Assembly (NCBI GenBank): GCA_002269645.1
Contig: NIVC01000374.1
Location: 536,067 to 600,066 of the forward strand
Reading direction: 5' to 3'
Source of the DNA: Macrostomum lignano
Taxonomy: Eukaryota
DNA length: 64,000 nucleotides
In this document: positions 23,301 through 44,199 of the stretch, piece by piece
How the letters are laid out: each line of letters opens with the position of its first letter
Numbering within the stretch: position 1 is the stretch's first letter
Notes under the pieces: model-generated
Told to the model about the DNA's origin: nothing
Databases searched by the model: none
The model's input: only the letters and a program-made list of their open reading frames with translations
Made by a program: the position numbers and the translations under genes

Positions 23301-25605
23301 CCCAAAGTTGATTGTTTTTAATAGAGACCGAGACGGTTTCGGTATCCGTGCGGCTGGGCCGGAGTTGCGGACAACGGACCCCAGAGACACTGCTTTGTCG
23401 CTGGAGATGCTCTGATCGACTACTGCGTAGATTGAGTTGGCCTGGTCTGTAGCTGAGCCCCAGCTAGCCTGAAATTGGTTAGGATTTTCAGTTGGTCTTT
23501 GATTTGAGAGTCTCTCTGACAGTGGAATGTCTGTGACAGGAACGTTCTTGATCGGAACTGACAGTGGAGTGTCTGTGACAGGAACGTTCTTGATCGGAAC
23601 TGACAGTGGAATGTCTGTGACAGGAACGTTCTTGATCGGAACTGACAGTGGAGTGTCTGTGACAGGAACGTTCTTGATCGGAACTGACAGTGGAATGTCT
23701 GTGACAGGAACGTTCTTGATCGGAACTGACAGTGGAGTGTCTGTGACAGGAACGTTCTTGGTCGGAACTGACAGTGGAGTGTCTGTGACAGGAACGTTCT
23801 TGATCGGAACTGACAGTGGAGTGTCTGTGACAGGAACATTCTTGATCGGAACTGACAGTGGAATGTCTGTGACAGGAACATTCTTGATCGGAACTGACAA
23901 TGGAATGTCTGTGACAGGAACGTTCTTGGTCGGAACTGACAGTGGAATGTCTGTGACAGGAACTTTCTTGATTGGAAAGTCTCTCTGACAGTGGATCGTG
24001 TCTGTGACAGGAACGTTCTCGATCGGAAAGTCTCTCTGACAGTGGATCGTGTCTGTGACAGGAACGTTCTCGATCGGAAAGTCTCTCTGACAGTGGATCG
24101 TGTCTGTGACAGGAACGTTCTTGGTTGGAAAGTCTCTCTGACAGTGGATCGTGTCTGTGACAGGAACGTTCTTGATTGTCTGACAGTGGAGTGTCTGTGA
24201 CAGGAACGTTCTTGGTTGGAAAGTCTCTCTCACAGTGGGGTGTCTGACTGTGACAGGAACGTTCTCTATCGGAAAGTCTCTATGACAGAAGTCTCTGTGA
24301 AAGAAGTCTCCTCTCCCAGGAATAAATAAGTGCTCCGTTTTCCCACTTAACTTCAAAGCAGTTTTTCATTTCTTACTTTGACCACTTGATCCTTCAACCG
24401 GGTCCAACTTAGTCCACCATCTCGAGTCAAAAACAGAGTGGAGCCACTATGTGCCAGCGCCAAGTCCTTTTGAGTCTGGTGAAACATGAAAGCTTGAGTG
24501 AGAGCGAATGGTAGAACAGTTGTCTGCCAAGTTGCTCCATTATCGAAGGACATGTGAAGGTTAGTAGTGGCATCCGTGCTGCCAGCGGAGGCGAGGTAAA
24601 GTTGGCTTGAGTTGCCGGGGTTTCGCTGAAGGCCATACTGTGTAGCAGCTGCAACGGCTGGACCCCAGGGCTGACCTGAGCTGTGATGCGGCTGAATGAG
24701 CGACCATCGTCTGTGCTGCGGTACACGTCTGCCAGAGTTGACGTTGTAACATAGGATACTAAAGTAAGCGCTATTAGTGTCTGAAATTAGCAGATAAAGA
24801 TATGATTGATTAGAATGTTTTATGAAAAATATTAGATAAGCCAATTGCCAGATACCTTGCTGTTTGGTCCTGCCCAGGTGATTTGCAGTTTAGGCTTGCT
24901 GTCATTGGCAAAGACGAACTTGGAATTTGGAAAATTGCAATAATATTTAAATTAGTATTAGTAAGCTTCAAGCAAATGAATTTCAATTTGTGTTAATCTG
25001 TATATATCCGAGAGAAGCAAAATCACAGAATACTAATTGTAATAATTTTCTAGACTTATTTAAAATACTTAAATACTTTCTAGCACTTTAATTTTTTCAA
25101 ACAGTTGAAACTAAAGTTTGCATTTAAATCTTTAATATTCTTATAAAAATTATTAAATAAAGAATTAAAAAAGGCTGCTTTTAAAAGAATAAACACTAAC
25201 ATTATCAATGCTTATGTTGAATTTTTGTTTGGCTACTTTTAAAAGTTTTATTGCAATGTAATTTTAAGGCTCGTCTAGTTTCAGAGTTTTAGAACTCTCA
25301 GAATTTTTAGGAATGAAGCAACTAAAAAATAACTTATCCAATTCTAAATTTAGCTATGACTAGCTAATTTAAGTTTGAGATCAAACCTAAAAAGCGAATA
25401 AACTGTAATATTATGTAGAACAAATTACATAATTGTAGAATAAATATCAAATAAATACCTCAGACAGAAACTTTTTATTGGCTGTTGAGTCCGATAAAAG
25501 AACAGATATGTCAGATTGTTGTTTTTCGCAGGCGTTACTTTCTGTTGCAGCAATGAACGACAGTCCTAGCAAAATATGTATGAAAAGCGCACTGGCTAAC
25601 GTCAT
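20379..25605 (-). CDS. SORT1: Sortilin-like VPS10-domain sorting receptor, about 870 aa, 7 exons
   Basis: Exons 25605-25459 (signal peptide MTLASALFIHILLGLSFIAA), 24918-24856, 24780-24377, 23468-22797, 22556-22237, 21895-21367, 20864-20379; all GT-AG with matching phases. BNR/Asp boxes (YRSTDDGRSF, SFDNGATW, LSNNGGHTW), 10CC domain (CTKADFGCEFGY, GYRKLPGNLC), TM helix, cytosolic YSAV. One -1 frameshift in exon 3 at about 24662. Confidence 0.9.
20895..21280. repeat. (TAGG/TAGA)n microsatellite, sortilin intron 6
   Basis: Direct observation. Confidence 0.9.
22023..22153 (-). mobile_element. Truncated hAT-like MITE copy in sortilin intron 5 (same family as 61511-62265, opposite orientation)
   Basis: CACTGGTCGGCAAACTCCGGCCCGCGAAG matches the reverse complement of 62237-62265, followed by GTTTGTGTCTCTTCTC and a short CT-rich tract. 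Confidence 0.65.
23505..24310. repeat. 42-bp and 51-bp related minisatellites, sortilin intron 3
   Basis: CTGACAGTGGAATGTCTGTGACAGGAACGTTCTTGATCGGAA, then a 51-bp variant with added AGTCTCT. Confidence 0.95.
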
Positions 25606-26774
25606 ATTTGTGCTGAGTCAAGGCTAGTTTTTCTTAATTATCAATATTTAACGAAATCAAAGCCGTGTAGTATCAATGTAAGTTACAAAAATATGTTCCA
25701 GATGGCTGTAACAAGCCCAAGGTTGCTAAGGACCACAATTGGACATTTTAAATATACATACTTCCAATTGGATATAAGTTCATAGTTTAATATACTTGTA
25801 ATTCAAACAAAATATTTGATGCTTTAAACGTAAGTTTATGCATTATAATGAAATTCCTCCTGGATTCTGGTAGTCAAATTTGTTAACTTATATATAATTA
25901 CAATTAAAATTCTTGCTTTCAATAGCAATCTGAAAAGTTTCTAGTTTAAAATTAATCTAAACCGTTGAAGAGTCAGAAAAGTTATTGTATCGTATGTATT
26001 TCATTCCATTCTAGTTGCATTTTATTCATTGCCTCTCGAAATACTGATCCATCGGACTACTATACAATATTATTTAATGTATATCACCCCAAAATTCGCT
26101 TAAAAACATCTTATGTTTTCGCCCCCAACCCTCGTTGTGCCCTCAGGGAATTAGCGGGTAGCTCTGACCTCTATATTTTTATATTGTTTTATAAGGTTTC
26201 AACGCGGCTTCTCGGCACCGGGGGCCAAAAAAGAGAGCTGGAAGCGCTTATTAATTTCCCAGGGACCGCGAAAAACACTGAATATCTGAGTATAGATAGT
26301 ACATGTATGCTGTGCATGCAAGTCTGCCCCTAAATCCGAGTTTGAATTTGGGACAGCAGACGGGCACGATGAAATGTGCGCCGCCTGCCAGAGACGGAAG
26401 GCGCCGCTTCCTTAAGTGTTGAGGCCGGACCAGCAGAGCCTAATAATTCCCATTCTAAGCCCTTCTAGCTTCCCTCAGCTAGTACTATCAGTAGTCTGCC
26501 ACTCGATCAGGTTGACTCGCAATCTTAGCCGAGCAGAGAAGGTGTCTTGGGCAAGGAGCAACAAAGAGAGCCTAATAAGTTTATGCTCATTTCTACAATT
26601 GATAAACTTTTTTCTTCAATGAAAAGAAAATAAGTCAAAAGTTAATGAACAAGGAAGGATTGAATGGACAGACCAGTAGAGCATGCATATGTAAAGAAAA
26701 AACATTGCGGCTGACGATGCCAAGAGCTGATTGTTAAATACGAGAGCATACTGAGAAGTGGCTCTAGACTATTC

Positions 26775-26900
<126 letters not shown>

Positions 26901-27416
26901 AAAGCGTATGGATTAAGACTGGTTGACTGCAGAGTCGATGAATGGTATACAGTATAGTCTGTTAAAGACTTCTTTGCACTTGATTGGCCAAAGAATACGA
27001 ACGCGGCGCTGCACACAGCAGCTCAAATTATAAGCAGAGAACTGTCTCTCTCGTCTGAGGCTATCCTTATAGAGCTACTCAGGCTTGAGCCTTCTCTTAC
27101 CCAGGTCTCTTCCTCTCCCATCTTCCTTCACCATAAGGCGTGTTCCTTCACTCCCCTGTATTCACCTCAATCCACTTGGCAAGAATTGTTATAGTTTGTG
27201 GACTGTCAGTGAATAAATTATTGTGCATGCGCGTGTTAAGCCGGTAACGTGCGGTGCTTTGCTGACAAAGTCAGCAAGAAGGAGACATCAGATTGGCTTT
27301 ATAAGGACTCCAGAGCATCGTATCCTGTTACTGATTTCAGCATTTGGTTCGGTTTGTTCGAACTCACTTAATAGTAATAGATTAGTATTTTTTAATATCG
27401 ACAGATACAGACAATC

Positions 27417-34518
<7,102 letters not shown>

Positions 34519-35421
34519 CAGAAGTTTTAAAGTAAGATATAAAACAAAGAATCCTAATTTTAAAACGAAAAAGCTTTATGAACATCAATAGACCCTATAA
34601 GAAATGCATATCATATCAAAAGATGAAAATTGGGTCTGTCTCCTATATCAAAAGCAAGAAAAAATTTTGTGCTGAAAATATGAAAACCTCCTATTTCCGT
34701 AGTGTCTTTTTTAGGACGTGTCCTTTTTTCAGTAGTCCTTGACATTCCAATATGAACACTAGAATCAGAAGATCATGAGAATGTGAAACTTGGTTGCCAG
34801 GATTTAAAAGGCTTAAAGTTTTAAAAAAATAGATATTCCGCCTTACTGTAATACAAGTAATTTTGTCCTTAAGTAATCACTCCTGTACGCTACACTTATT
34901 CACATATTAATTACTAGCTAAATCACGCATTTTAGAGTAAAATTACTCGTCATAATTCCTTGTTGATCACTACTGAGTCCTGACCCCGAGTAGACCACGG
35001 AGTGTAACGTACAGCGCTAGCTTATGCAATACGTTTCAATCCTTTCTTGTAAAAATAAATTTCAATTAGATTTCTCTTGAATTGATGAGCAAGCGAAAGC
35101 TTCTGAATAAGTTCTTAAGAAAAAAATGTAAAAAACTAAACACGGTTAACCGTACCACAGCACGTTTTCTAGCTGTACAATACTTACAACTTAGTAGAGT
35201 ACTTTAAAGTAGCTTTCCTGTTATCTATATATACAAATAAATATGTAATCGAAGAACAACCTACGCAATCCTTAGGCTTATTAGGCAAAAAACAATTGCT
35301 TTTAATCTTCGACTCTCAGCTTCTGTTGTCTTTTTTCAACTACTAAGAAATTACACTACAAAATATACTTATTAAACGCATGTAACTTAATAGTATACGT
35401 GCACGCTTACGCCGAGCTTTC

Positions 35422-36050
35422 AAGATAAAACAAGCCAATGTACACTCAACGGACCCTCTCAACCTCTACCCCACTGAAACTTGTGCGCCAAAGATAAAAC
35501 AAGCCAATGTACACTCAACTGACCCTCTCAACCTCTACCCCACTGAAACTTGTGCGCCAAAGATTTAACAAGCCAATTTACACTCAACTGACCCTCTCAA
35601 CCTCTACCCCACTGAAACTTGTGCGCCAAAGATAAAACAAGCCAATGTACACTCAACTGACCCTCTCAACCTCTACCCCACTGAAACTTGTGCGCCAAAG
35701 ATTTAACAAGCCAATTTACACTCAACTGACCCTCTCAACCTCTACCCCACTGAAACTTGTGCGCCAAAGATAAAACAAGCCAATGTACACTCAACTGACC
35801 CTCTCAACCTCTACCCCACTGAAACTTGTGCGCCAAAGATTTAACAAGCCAATTTACACTCAACTGACCCTCTCAACCTCTACCCCACTGAAACTTGTGC
35901 GCCAAAGATAAAACAAGCCAATGTACACTCAACTGACCCTCTCAACCTCTACCCCACTGAAACTTGTGCGCCAAAGATAAAACAAGCCAATGCACACTCA
36001 ACTGACCCTCTCAACCTCTACCCCACCGAAACTTTTGCGCCCAAAACAAA
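35422..36050. repeat. 69-bp tandem repeat, about 9 copies, with alternating variants
   Basis: AAGAT(AAA/TTA)ACAAGCCAAT(G/T)TACACTCAACTGACCCTCTCAACCTCTACCCCACTGAAACTTGTGCGCCA. Confidence 0.95.
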
Positions 36051-36363
36051 TGTGCAGTCTATCTACTCTTCTACCCTTTAACCTACCAACCCATCGGATA
36101 GAGGTTGTACGACTCGTGAATGTACACTCAATCATCCCATCCGATTGGACAGCGATTGTGCGTCAGAAGTTAATAGCTCGAATGTACGTAAATTTACAAC
36201 TTCCATCGCTTTCTTCCTTCTTCCTGTCTATCGATCGATACAATATTGACCAAAGTTTGCGTATCCAGTCTACTCGTAGATGCGACGCTTACGAGCTCCA
36301 ACTTAACGTAAGAATTTGAACTACTGTAGATGCCCAAAAGATGGGAACAAATCGACTTTATCT

Positions 36364-36709
36364 TTAACGTTTGTCTCGTCCATCTTCCAGGATGAGCTTG
36401 TCGTAGGTCCTCGATCGCCAGTGTCGACGCACTGATTCCGCATCCAGGTCGACCGTGCCTCGAGACCTATTTCGTCTGCTGCGTCTATGCTGTTGCTTTT
36501 GTTGCTTCGGTGGCTGCTGCTCAGATTGTTGTTTGTCTAGTCGTTGTTGGTGTTGCCGATTTCTATTTTGATAAGCGGCGGCGTAGGAGTCTCCAGAAGC
36601 TGACTCAAACCGACTAGCTTTGTACCTGTTAATGGATACAAACATTTATTAACTTTTTTAAAGCAATGAGTAACAGACCGTTTTATGTGCAATATCAATC
36701 AATCAATCT

Positions 36710-36747
<38 letters not shown>

Positions 36748-39056
36748 GAATCATCAATCAATCAATCAATCAGTCAATTCATTCAATTAGTTTATCAATC
36801 AGCGAATTTATTAACCAATCAAATCAATCAGTCAAGCAAAGAAGCAAGCTCTAAACCTTCATTTTTTGTGCAAATCAGACATTCTTTCTCAGTAACGGAA
36901 TCAGAAAAAAACTTGATTTCTGTATTTCTCTACGTTTGAATTAGAAATTACTTGTCGTGACCCTATCATACTACTCTGAAGAAGCAACAAACATTTTTTA
37001 TCAATCTAAAGTATTCGGTTCACCTTTTTGTAGTGGTGAATTTTTTATATCCAAACGTAATCGGTTCAGTCACGGCGGTCAGGGAGACAGTCGACGGAGA
37101 GCTGTTGCAGCTGGCCGCGAGCAGCTGTCTGCTCCCCGACTTTGTCAAGCTTGCTGGCGGCGATCGAACTGGGCACGGAATTTTCGAATGTCGAGCCGCT
37201 TCGCCAACGCCAACGAGAGATTGGCGCGACGGCCAGTTGCTTGGCGCTTTATTGCACTTTGGTTGCCATGGTAACTGAAGATTGGACTGTTTTAGCTGAG
37301 TCGTCTGGCGCGCTTGCTGATTAGCTGCACTCTTTAGCTGGGTAGGGGGGACTTTGATCTGTTGCTTTTTTGTTGCAGAATCTTGGCCAGCTTTCTGTTG
37401 CTGAGTCTGCAACGCTTGGAGTTGGCGTCGCGTGTCGGCGAGCTGTCGGTCTCGCTGCTGCAGGCGGACGGTCAGCTGGTCGCGGTCGCGGCGGAACTTG
37501 TCGCAGGCCTCCAGCAGCTGGCTGAAGCGGAGGGTGGGGATAAATGATGGGGTGGATGGAGCAGAGGGTGGAGCAGAGGGTGGAGCAGAGGGTGGAGCAG
37601 AGGGTGGAGCAGAGGGTGGAGCAGAGGGTGGAGCAGAGGGTGGAGCAGAGGGTGGAGCAGAGGGTGGATCAGAGGGTGGAGCAGAGGGTGGAGCAGAGGG
37701 TGGAGCAGAGGGTGGAGCAGAGGGTGGAGCAGAGGGTGGAGCAGAGAGTGGAGCAGAGGGTGGAGCAGAGGGTGGAGCAGAGGGTGGATCAGAGGGTGGA
37801 GCAGAGGGTGGAGCAGAGGGTGGAGCAGAGGGTGGAGCAGAGGGTGGATCAGAGGGTGGAGCAGAGGGTGGAGCAGAGGGTGGAGCAGAGGGTGGAGCAG
37901 AGAGTGGAGCAGAGGGTGGATCAGAGGGTGGAGCAGAGGGTGGATCAGAGGGTGGAGCAGAGGGTGGAGCAGAGGGTGGAGCAGAGGGTGGAGCAGAGGG
38001 TGGAGCAGAGGGTGGAGCAGAGGGTGGAGCAGAGGGTGGAGCAGAGGGTGGAGCAGAGGGTGGAGCAGAGGGTGGAGCAGAGGGTGGAGCAGAGAGTGGA
38101 GCAGAGGATGGAGCAGAGGGTGGAGCAGAGGGTGGAGCAGAGGGTGGAGCAGAGGGTGGAGCAGAGGGTGGAGCAGAGGTCGGAGCAGAGGGTGGAGCAG
38201 AGGGTGGAGCAGAGGGTGGAGCAGAGGGTGGAGCAGAGGGTGGAGCAGAGAGTGGATCAGAGGGTGGAGCAGAGGGTGGAGCAGAGGGTGGAGCAGAGGG
38301 TGGAGCAGAGGGTGGAGCAGAGGGTGGAGCAGAGGGTGGAGCAGAGGGTGGAGCAGAGGGTGGAGCAGAGGGTGGAGCAGAGGGTGGAGCAGAGGATGGA
38401 GCAGAGGGTGGAGCAGAGGGTGGAGCAGAGGGTGGAGCAGAGGGTGGAGCAGAGGGTGGAGCAGAGGTCGGAGCAGAGGGTGGAGCAGAGGGTGGAGCAG
38501 AGGGTGGAGCAGAGGGTGGAGCAGAGGGTGGAGCAGAGAGTGGAGCAGAGGATGGAGCAGAGGGTGGAGCAGAGGGTGGAGCAGAGGGTGGAGCAGAGGG
38601 TGGAGCAGAGGGTGGAGCAGAGGGTGGAGCAGAGGGTGGAGCAGAGGATGGAGCAGAGGGTGGAGCAGAGGGTGGAGCAGAGGGTGGAGCAGAGGGTGGA
38701 GCAGAGGGTGGAGCAGAGGGTGGAGCAGAGGGTGGAGCAGAGGGTGGAGCAGAGGGTGGAGCAGAGGGTGGAGCAGAGGATGGAGCAGAGGGTGGAGCAG
38801 AGGGTGGAGCAGAGGGTGGAGCAGAGGGTGGAGCAGAGCATGGAAGCACTCACCGGCACCAGTTGAGCTGAGCACTAGAGCAGCCTCCAGACGGGCTGAG
38901 CAGAGGCAGACTCAGGCCCAGCCTGCCCAGCAGTCGGTGGCAAACATCGATCTGCTGCTGTCTCTGTTGCTGCTGCTGAAATTGCAGACTTTTATTGCCA
39001 AGAACGGGCGGCGGGCCAACTCGAGTGGCTGAACTGCTGGACTTCCTGCTTGCCAT
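36364..39056 (-). CDS. Uncharacterised coiled-coil protein, about 320 aa, 3 exons
   Basis: Exons 39056-38854, 37521-37024, 36625-36364; GT-AG with both junctions phase 2 (WCR|QLLEACDKFRRDRDQLTVRLQQRDRQLADTRRQL; TTKR|YKASR). Q-rich. Family not recognised. Confidence 0.65.
36693..36780. repeat. (ATCA)n microsatellite in intron 2 of the coiled-coil gene
   Basis: Direct observation. Confidence 0.9.
37545..38840. repeat. 12-bp minisatellite (GGTGGAGCAGAG)n, over 100 copies, filling intron 1 of the coiled-coil gene
   Basis: Direct observation. Stop-free in several frames, which explains the spurious long ORFs. Confidence 0.97.
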
Positions 39057-39269
39057 ATGGTGGCTGATTTATGATGTCGAGTTTTCTAACAGTGAATCAT
39101 GTGCGGTGCCCTTGCTTGCAAGCCGAGGCAGTGAGAATGACATATTCGACTTGGAGTTGACAATGTCTATGTCAATAATCCTTCAAGGCACATGTGATCG
39201 GTTCAAGATATGTCCGTCTATTTGAGCTATTTTTAGACTGAGCCTTCACGAGAAGGAAATTGAGAAATT

Positions 39270-39862
39270 CTGATCCTGTGTCTGATTGATAAGAGTCACC
39301 TGTGCCAATTGTGTCTGATTGATAAGGGTCACCTGTGCCAATTGTGTCTGATTGATAAGGGTCACCTGTGCCAATTGTGTCTGATTGATAAGGGTCACCT
39401 GTGCCAATTGTGTCTGACTGAAAAGGGTCACCTGTGCCAATTGTGTCTGATTGATAAGGGTCACCTGTGCCAATTGTGTCTGATTGATAAGGGTCACCTG
39501 TGCCAATTGTGTCTGATTGATAAGGGTCACCTGTGCCAATTGTGTCTGACTGAAAAGGGTCACCTGTGCCAATTGTGTCTGATTGATAAGGGTCACCTGT
39601 GCCAATTGTGTCTGATTGATAAGGGTCACCTGTGCCAATTTTGTCTGATTGATAAGGGTCACCTGTGCCAATTGTGTCTGATTGATAAGGGTCACCTGTG
39701 CCAATTGTGTCTGATTGATAAGGGTCACCTGTGCCAATTGTGTCTGACTGATAAGGGTCACCTGTGCCAATTGTGTCTGATTGATAAGGGTCACCTGTGC
39801 CAATTGTGTCTGATTGATAAGAGTCACCTGTGCCAATTGTTTCTGACTGATAAGGGTCACCT
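39270..39862. repeat. 33-bp minisatellite, about 18 copies
   Basis: TGTCTGATTGATAAGGGTCACCTGTGCCAATTG. Confidence 0.96.
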
Positions 39863-40199
39863 GAAAAAAAACTGGAACATTGAAAACTTTTGCACAATTT
39901 TCATTTTACAATTTTCTAGGGTCAGAAATACGACTGCTCGAACAGAGTTGGCAACTTGCTTCAACTCAAGTTGCCATTTGCTCTTTTCAACGTGCATTTA
40001 TCGAAAAAATGTCATTCATTACTTTCAAGAATTTTTAAGTAATAACAAAACGGGATGAACTTACAATTTACAAGCCAATAAAGGATGAATTCATGAGCGG
40101 AGCTAAGGGTCAACTAAGGTTAAGCAGGAAATTAATATAGAGAAAAGACGGCCAAGTCAGTAAATAGGCTTATGTGTTGTTTAGACTTTAGGTGTTTTC

Positions 40200-40348
40200 A
40201 CCATTTTAGCGCCGCAGGCACCCATTTTGGCGCCGCAAGCACCCATTTTAGCGCCGCAGGCACCCATTTTAGCGCCGCAGGCACCCATTTTTAGCGCTAC
40301 AGGCACCCATTTTAGCGCCGCAGGCACCCATTTTAGCGCCGCAGGCGC
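40200..40348. repeat. 21-bp minisatellite, about 7 copies
   Basis: CACCCATTTTAGCGCCGCAGG. Confidence 0.9.
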
Positions 40349-41082
40349 TATATTTTGTCGCTTTGAAGCAAAATTATTGATTTCCATAACGGGTCACAAG
40401 GTGCATGGGGTGGGGGGACAAAGCATGGCATGTTCCCCCAAAGATCATACCAAATATCATATATATACACAAGATGGGTCACTAATTAACCGCTTATGTG
40501 GCCATAGAAGCCAATGTAAAAATGTTGCATCCCGCGTCAGTGCGAAAATCAACTACTGAACTCAATTTCATCAGTAGGCTCTGCATTGCATGCATCATTC
40601 TTCGGAATATATAAGATCTATGGTGCTAAACGAGCGTAGCAGATTTCCCGTTTGACTGTCTATGGCCACACATAGTTCAAGGGCATTCAAGTCTTAGGCA
40701 GATTATCCTAATTGATTGTCTATGGCAAGCGTACTATCAAGTGTACCTACAATTAAGCGGATAGAGACAAACAACAGTTCAAGTGGCTTTTCGGTTCAAT
40801 TAAGTACTCAATTGAATGATGTATAATCAGAAACAGATCGTTGTCTTCCACTACATATCGATATTGGATCATTTTCCTCTGCTATTTGCAAGACCAATTA
40901 ACGTAGTGTAATAAAGTGAAAAGTAGCTCTTGTTAGAGGTTTAATTGACTTTGATCTCCGCCGGACCAGGAACTGCAGTATCGCATTTCAAACTGTTAAT
41001 TATTTCGGCAGAATTAACCTGGCTACTGTCGATCGAATCCTCATTAGAATTCTGGAGCACTCGTCTAGCCGACAGAGACATT

Positions 41083-42241
41083 TCATAATCCCAAGCCCAT
41101 AGGTGTAACTCTATTATTTCTAGAACAGGCGCTCCCACCGGTCACCATGACAACTAGCATCGCTCGAATTCTGGCCGATGAAGCCAGATACAAATAGAAA
41201 TTAATTGCGTGATTGGTATAGGCTACAATAATTAGGAGATTGTACACAAAGTCCAGCACCACTCGTTGACTTCCGGTCACGGAGTTGATAAAATTATAGA
41301 GAAAAAGTGCCCTACCAGGCAGCATGGACACCAAGAAGTACACAGAGACCAGCAGGAGCATTCGAAATATTCGAAACTCTTTCCTTAGCGCATTGCTCAT
41401 CACGGTGCCTCTTCTAGTGAGCTGAGACAGTCGATACAGCACGCCTAAATTAGTCAGCAAGATGAAAAGGGCTGGCAGGGCGACCCTCAGAAAGAAGTCG
41501 CTAAGATAGAACGCTTCCATGTGGATTCCGTCAATGTTCTCGGGTTGTCCACCGATGCACCGCACTCTGCCGTACCCTGCTACCAGCTCCAGGCCAAGCA
41601 GCAATGGCGCATTCTTACTAGCCGAAGCAACAACTAAACCCGAGTACACCAATAAAACATTCCTGCGACAGAAGACTCGGTTAATACCCGTCGGTGATAG
41701 CACAGCTTGAAGTCTTTCGAAGCAGATCAGACACAGGCACCAGCTGGACAGATCCGTGACCATGTAAGTGAGAAACGTGTGACCCCGACATAGGGCTAAG
41801 CTGAATAGGCGGATGTCGAAATTGTAGATTGTGACGGATATGAATCTGCGGGGTTAATTGCGGAGTGTTGCACACACTGTCTCGATTCACTTCCATTTAA
41901 GCCGCTACACCCCCATTGTGAGCGTGTGTATGACTGCGTGCTTGCGTGTACAGCGCTGGTTTTACAACGGTGCCGGCGAAGTCAGCGCCGCCAACCACTT
42001 ACCTAGTCAGTGACACCAGCAGCACAGCTGAATCGCTAATCGCCAGCAGTACCAGCAGTAGTTGAGTAGACTCCTTGAGTAGTCCGCGTCTACCGTGGAA
42101 TAGAGCCACCACCAGTGAGTTACCAATGAGTCCCAGGATCAGCGACGCAAATCCGATGGCGTAAGCCAGACCAACGATCGGAGCTCGAACTGATGTCGAG
42201 TTTACCTCGTTAGAGACATTGTTTGCGGCGTGGCCTTCCAT
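41083..42241 (-). CDS. Class A (rhodopsin-like) GPCR, probably peptide-receptor type, about 333 aa, 2 exons
   Basis: Exons 42241-42003 and 41845-41083 (phase 2). TM1 GLIGNSLV, TM2 LAISDSAVL, TM3 CFERLQAV, TM6 SMLP, TM7 YTNHAINFYLY. Confidence 0.88.
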
Positions 42242-42317
42242 TGTCGTTAAGTAGACTATCTGTAACTGTGGGAATTTGGGTGGGTTTTGAACTAAGAGCT
42301 ATATGAGCCACCTGACT

Positions 42318-43170
42318 AACTAATGATCGATTCCTGACCCAACTGATGATGGATTCCTGACCAACTGATGATCGATTCCTGACCAACTGATGATCGATTC
42401 CTGACCCAACTGATGATCGATTCCTGACCAAGTGATGATGGATTCCTGACCCAACTGGTGATCGATTCCTGACCCAACTGGTGATCGATTCCTGACCAAG
42501 TGATGATGGATTCCTGACCCAACTGGTGATCGATTCCTGACCCAACTGGTGATCGATTCCTGATCTAACTGATGATCGATTCCTGACCCAACTGATGATC
42601 GATTCCTGACCAACTGATGATCGATCTTCCTGACCCAACTGATGATCGATTCCTGACCAACTGATGATCGATTCCTGACCCAACTGATGATCGATTCCTG
42701 ACCCAACTGATGATCGATTCCTGACCTACTGATGATCGATTCCTGACCAACTAATGATCGATTCCTGACCCAACTGATGATCGATTCCTCCCAACTGATG
42801 ATCGATTCCTGACCCAACTGATGATCGATTCCTGACCCAACTGATGATCGATTCCTGACCCAACTGATGATCGATTCCTGATCTAACTGATGATCGATTC
42901 CTGACCCAACTGATGATCGATTCCTGATCTAACTGATGATCGATTCCTGACCAACTGATGATCGATTCCTGACCAACTGATGATCGATTCCTGACCCAAG
43001 TGATGATGGATTCCTGACCAACTGATGATCGATTCCTGACCTACTGATGATCGATTCCTGACCAACTGATGATCGATTCCTGACCCAACTGATGATCGAT
43101 TCCTGACCCAACTGATGATCGATTCCTGACCCAACTGATGATCGATTCCTGACCAACTGATGATCGATTC
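42318..43170. repeat. 21-23-bp minisatellite upstream of the GPCR
   Basis: AACTGATGATCGATTCCTGACC(C). Confidence 0.95.
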
Positions 43171-43779
43171 CACACAAAGGGATGCTTGGACATAAAATGG
43201 ACGCAATGTGATGATTTAACCTTAAATAAACCAATCACGCACATGCCGCGTGGATTCCCTATCATGAAAGAGGACCCTGCCCGGACTATAAATTAATGGT
43301 CAATAGCTAGTCGAAATCTTCCAAATAAAACGACCTTGAGCCACGAGACTGTTGCGTTATTGCATATGAATCTGACTTTTCTTCTTTACTTGTGTTGCGC
43401 TATGCTTATATGCAAACAGAGACTCAAACATGGTTTCACTTACCTATGCAACAGAAAATTTATGCAGCGATTGATTTTTTTGCAAATTTACCGTAAATTT
43501 TCGCTAAAAGAACTTGAAAAAAAGCAATGGGATACACATGTAAATGTAAAAATAATTTTTCCAGAAAGGACGTATGGAGGTTGACATAGATACTACTGTA
43601 TTTGTATGGCCTGCTAGCTTGGAATTTCATTGGCTAAGCGACGAGGGTTTCTGCGTGGACACTGGCGTGTTCTCCAGCATGTACGCTCGTAAATGTATCT
43701 GCATATGTAGAATTATAAAATTGGAGACTGTTTCCTGTTAGCGGAAGTTTGTTCGAGTCTTTAATTTCCTGTGCTGCAG

Positions 43780-44135
43780 TGCCCGCTAAACCATCCTGAC
43801 AACAAAAACAAGCACTCTGGATACTGTACCGAAAAACCTGACCCTCCTGACAACTAAACCTGACCCTGCTGACACCTAAATCTGAGCCTGCTGACACCAA
43901 AATCTGACCCTCCTGACACGTACTGTAAATCTTACACTCCCGACACCTAAATCTGACCCTCCTGACACTCCTGACACCTAAATCTGACCATCCTGACACC
44001 TAGACCTGATTCTCCTGACACCTAAACCTGACCCTCAAGACTGTGTATCGATCCTGACGCCAAAAATGACACGGACACCTAAAAATTGCGCTCCTGACAC
44101 TTGAAACCTCTGACAGACACCAAAAGTTAATAAAG
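43780..44135. repeat. Degenerate ~20-bp minisatellite
   Basis: CCTGACACCTAAATCTGACC variants. Confidence 0.75.
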
Positions 44136-44199
44136 GGGAATAGGAAAAAAATATTTTAATTTCTGACAGGTTGACTTGAAGCAGAAAGCTTCTATCACT

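Noticed and set aside
23469-24376. Apparent repeat-rich N-terminal extension of the 536-aa ORF
   Set aside because: It is sortilin intron 3 (908 bp, not a multiple of 3). The flanking exons join in phase as VVK|ASWG.
37020-38875. Long ORFs (609, 479, 467 and 440 aa) encoding PPSA/GAEG/LHPL/EQRV repeats
   Set aside because: Produced by a stop-free 12-bp repeat lying between a good GT donor (38852-38853) and AG acceptor (37522-37523).
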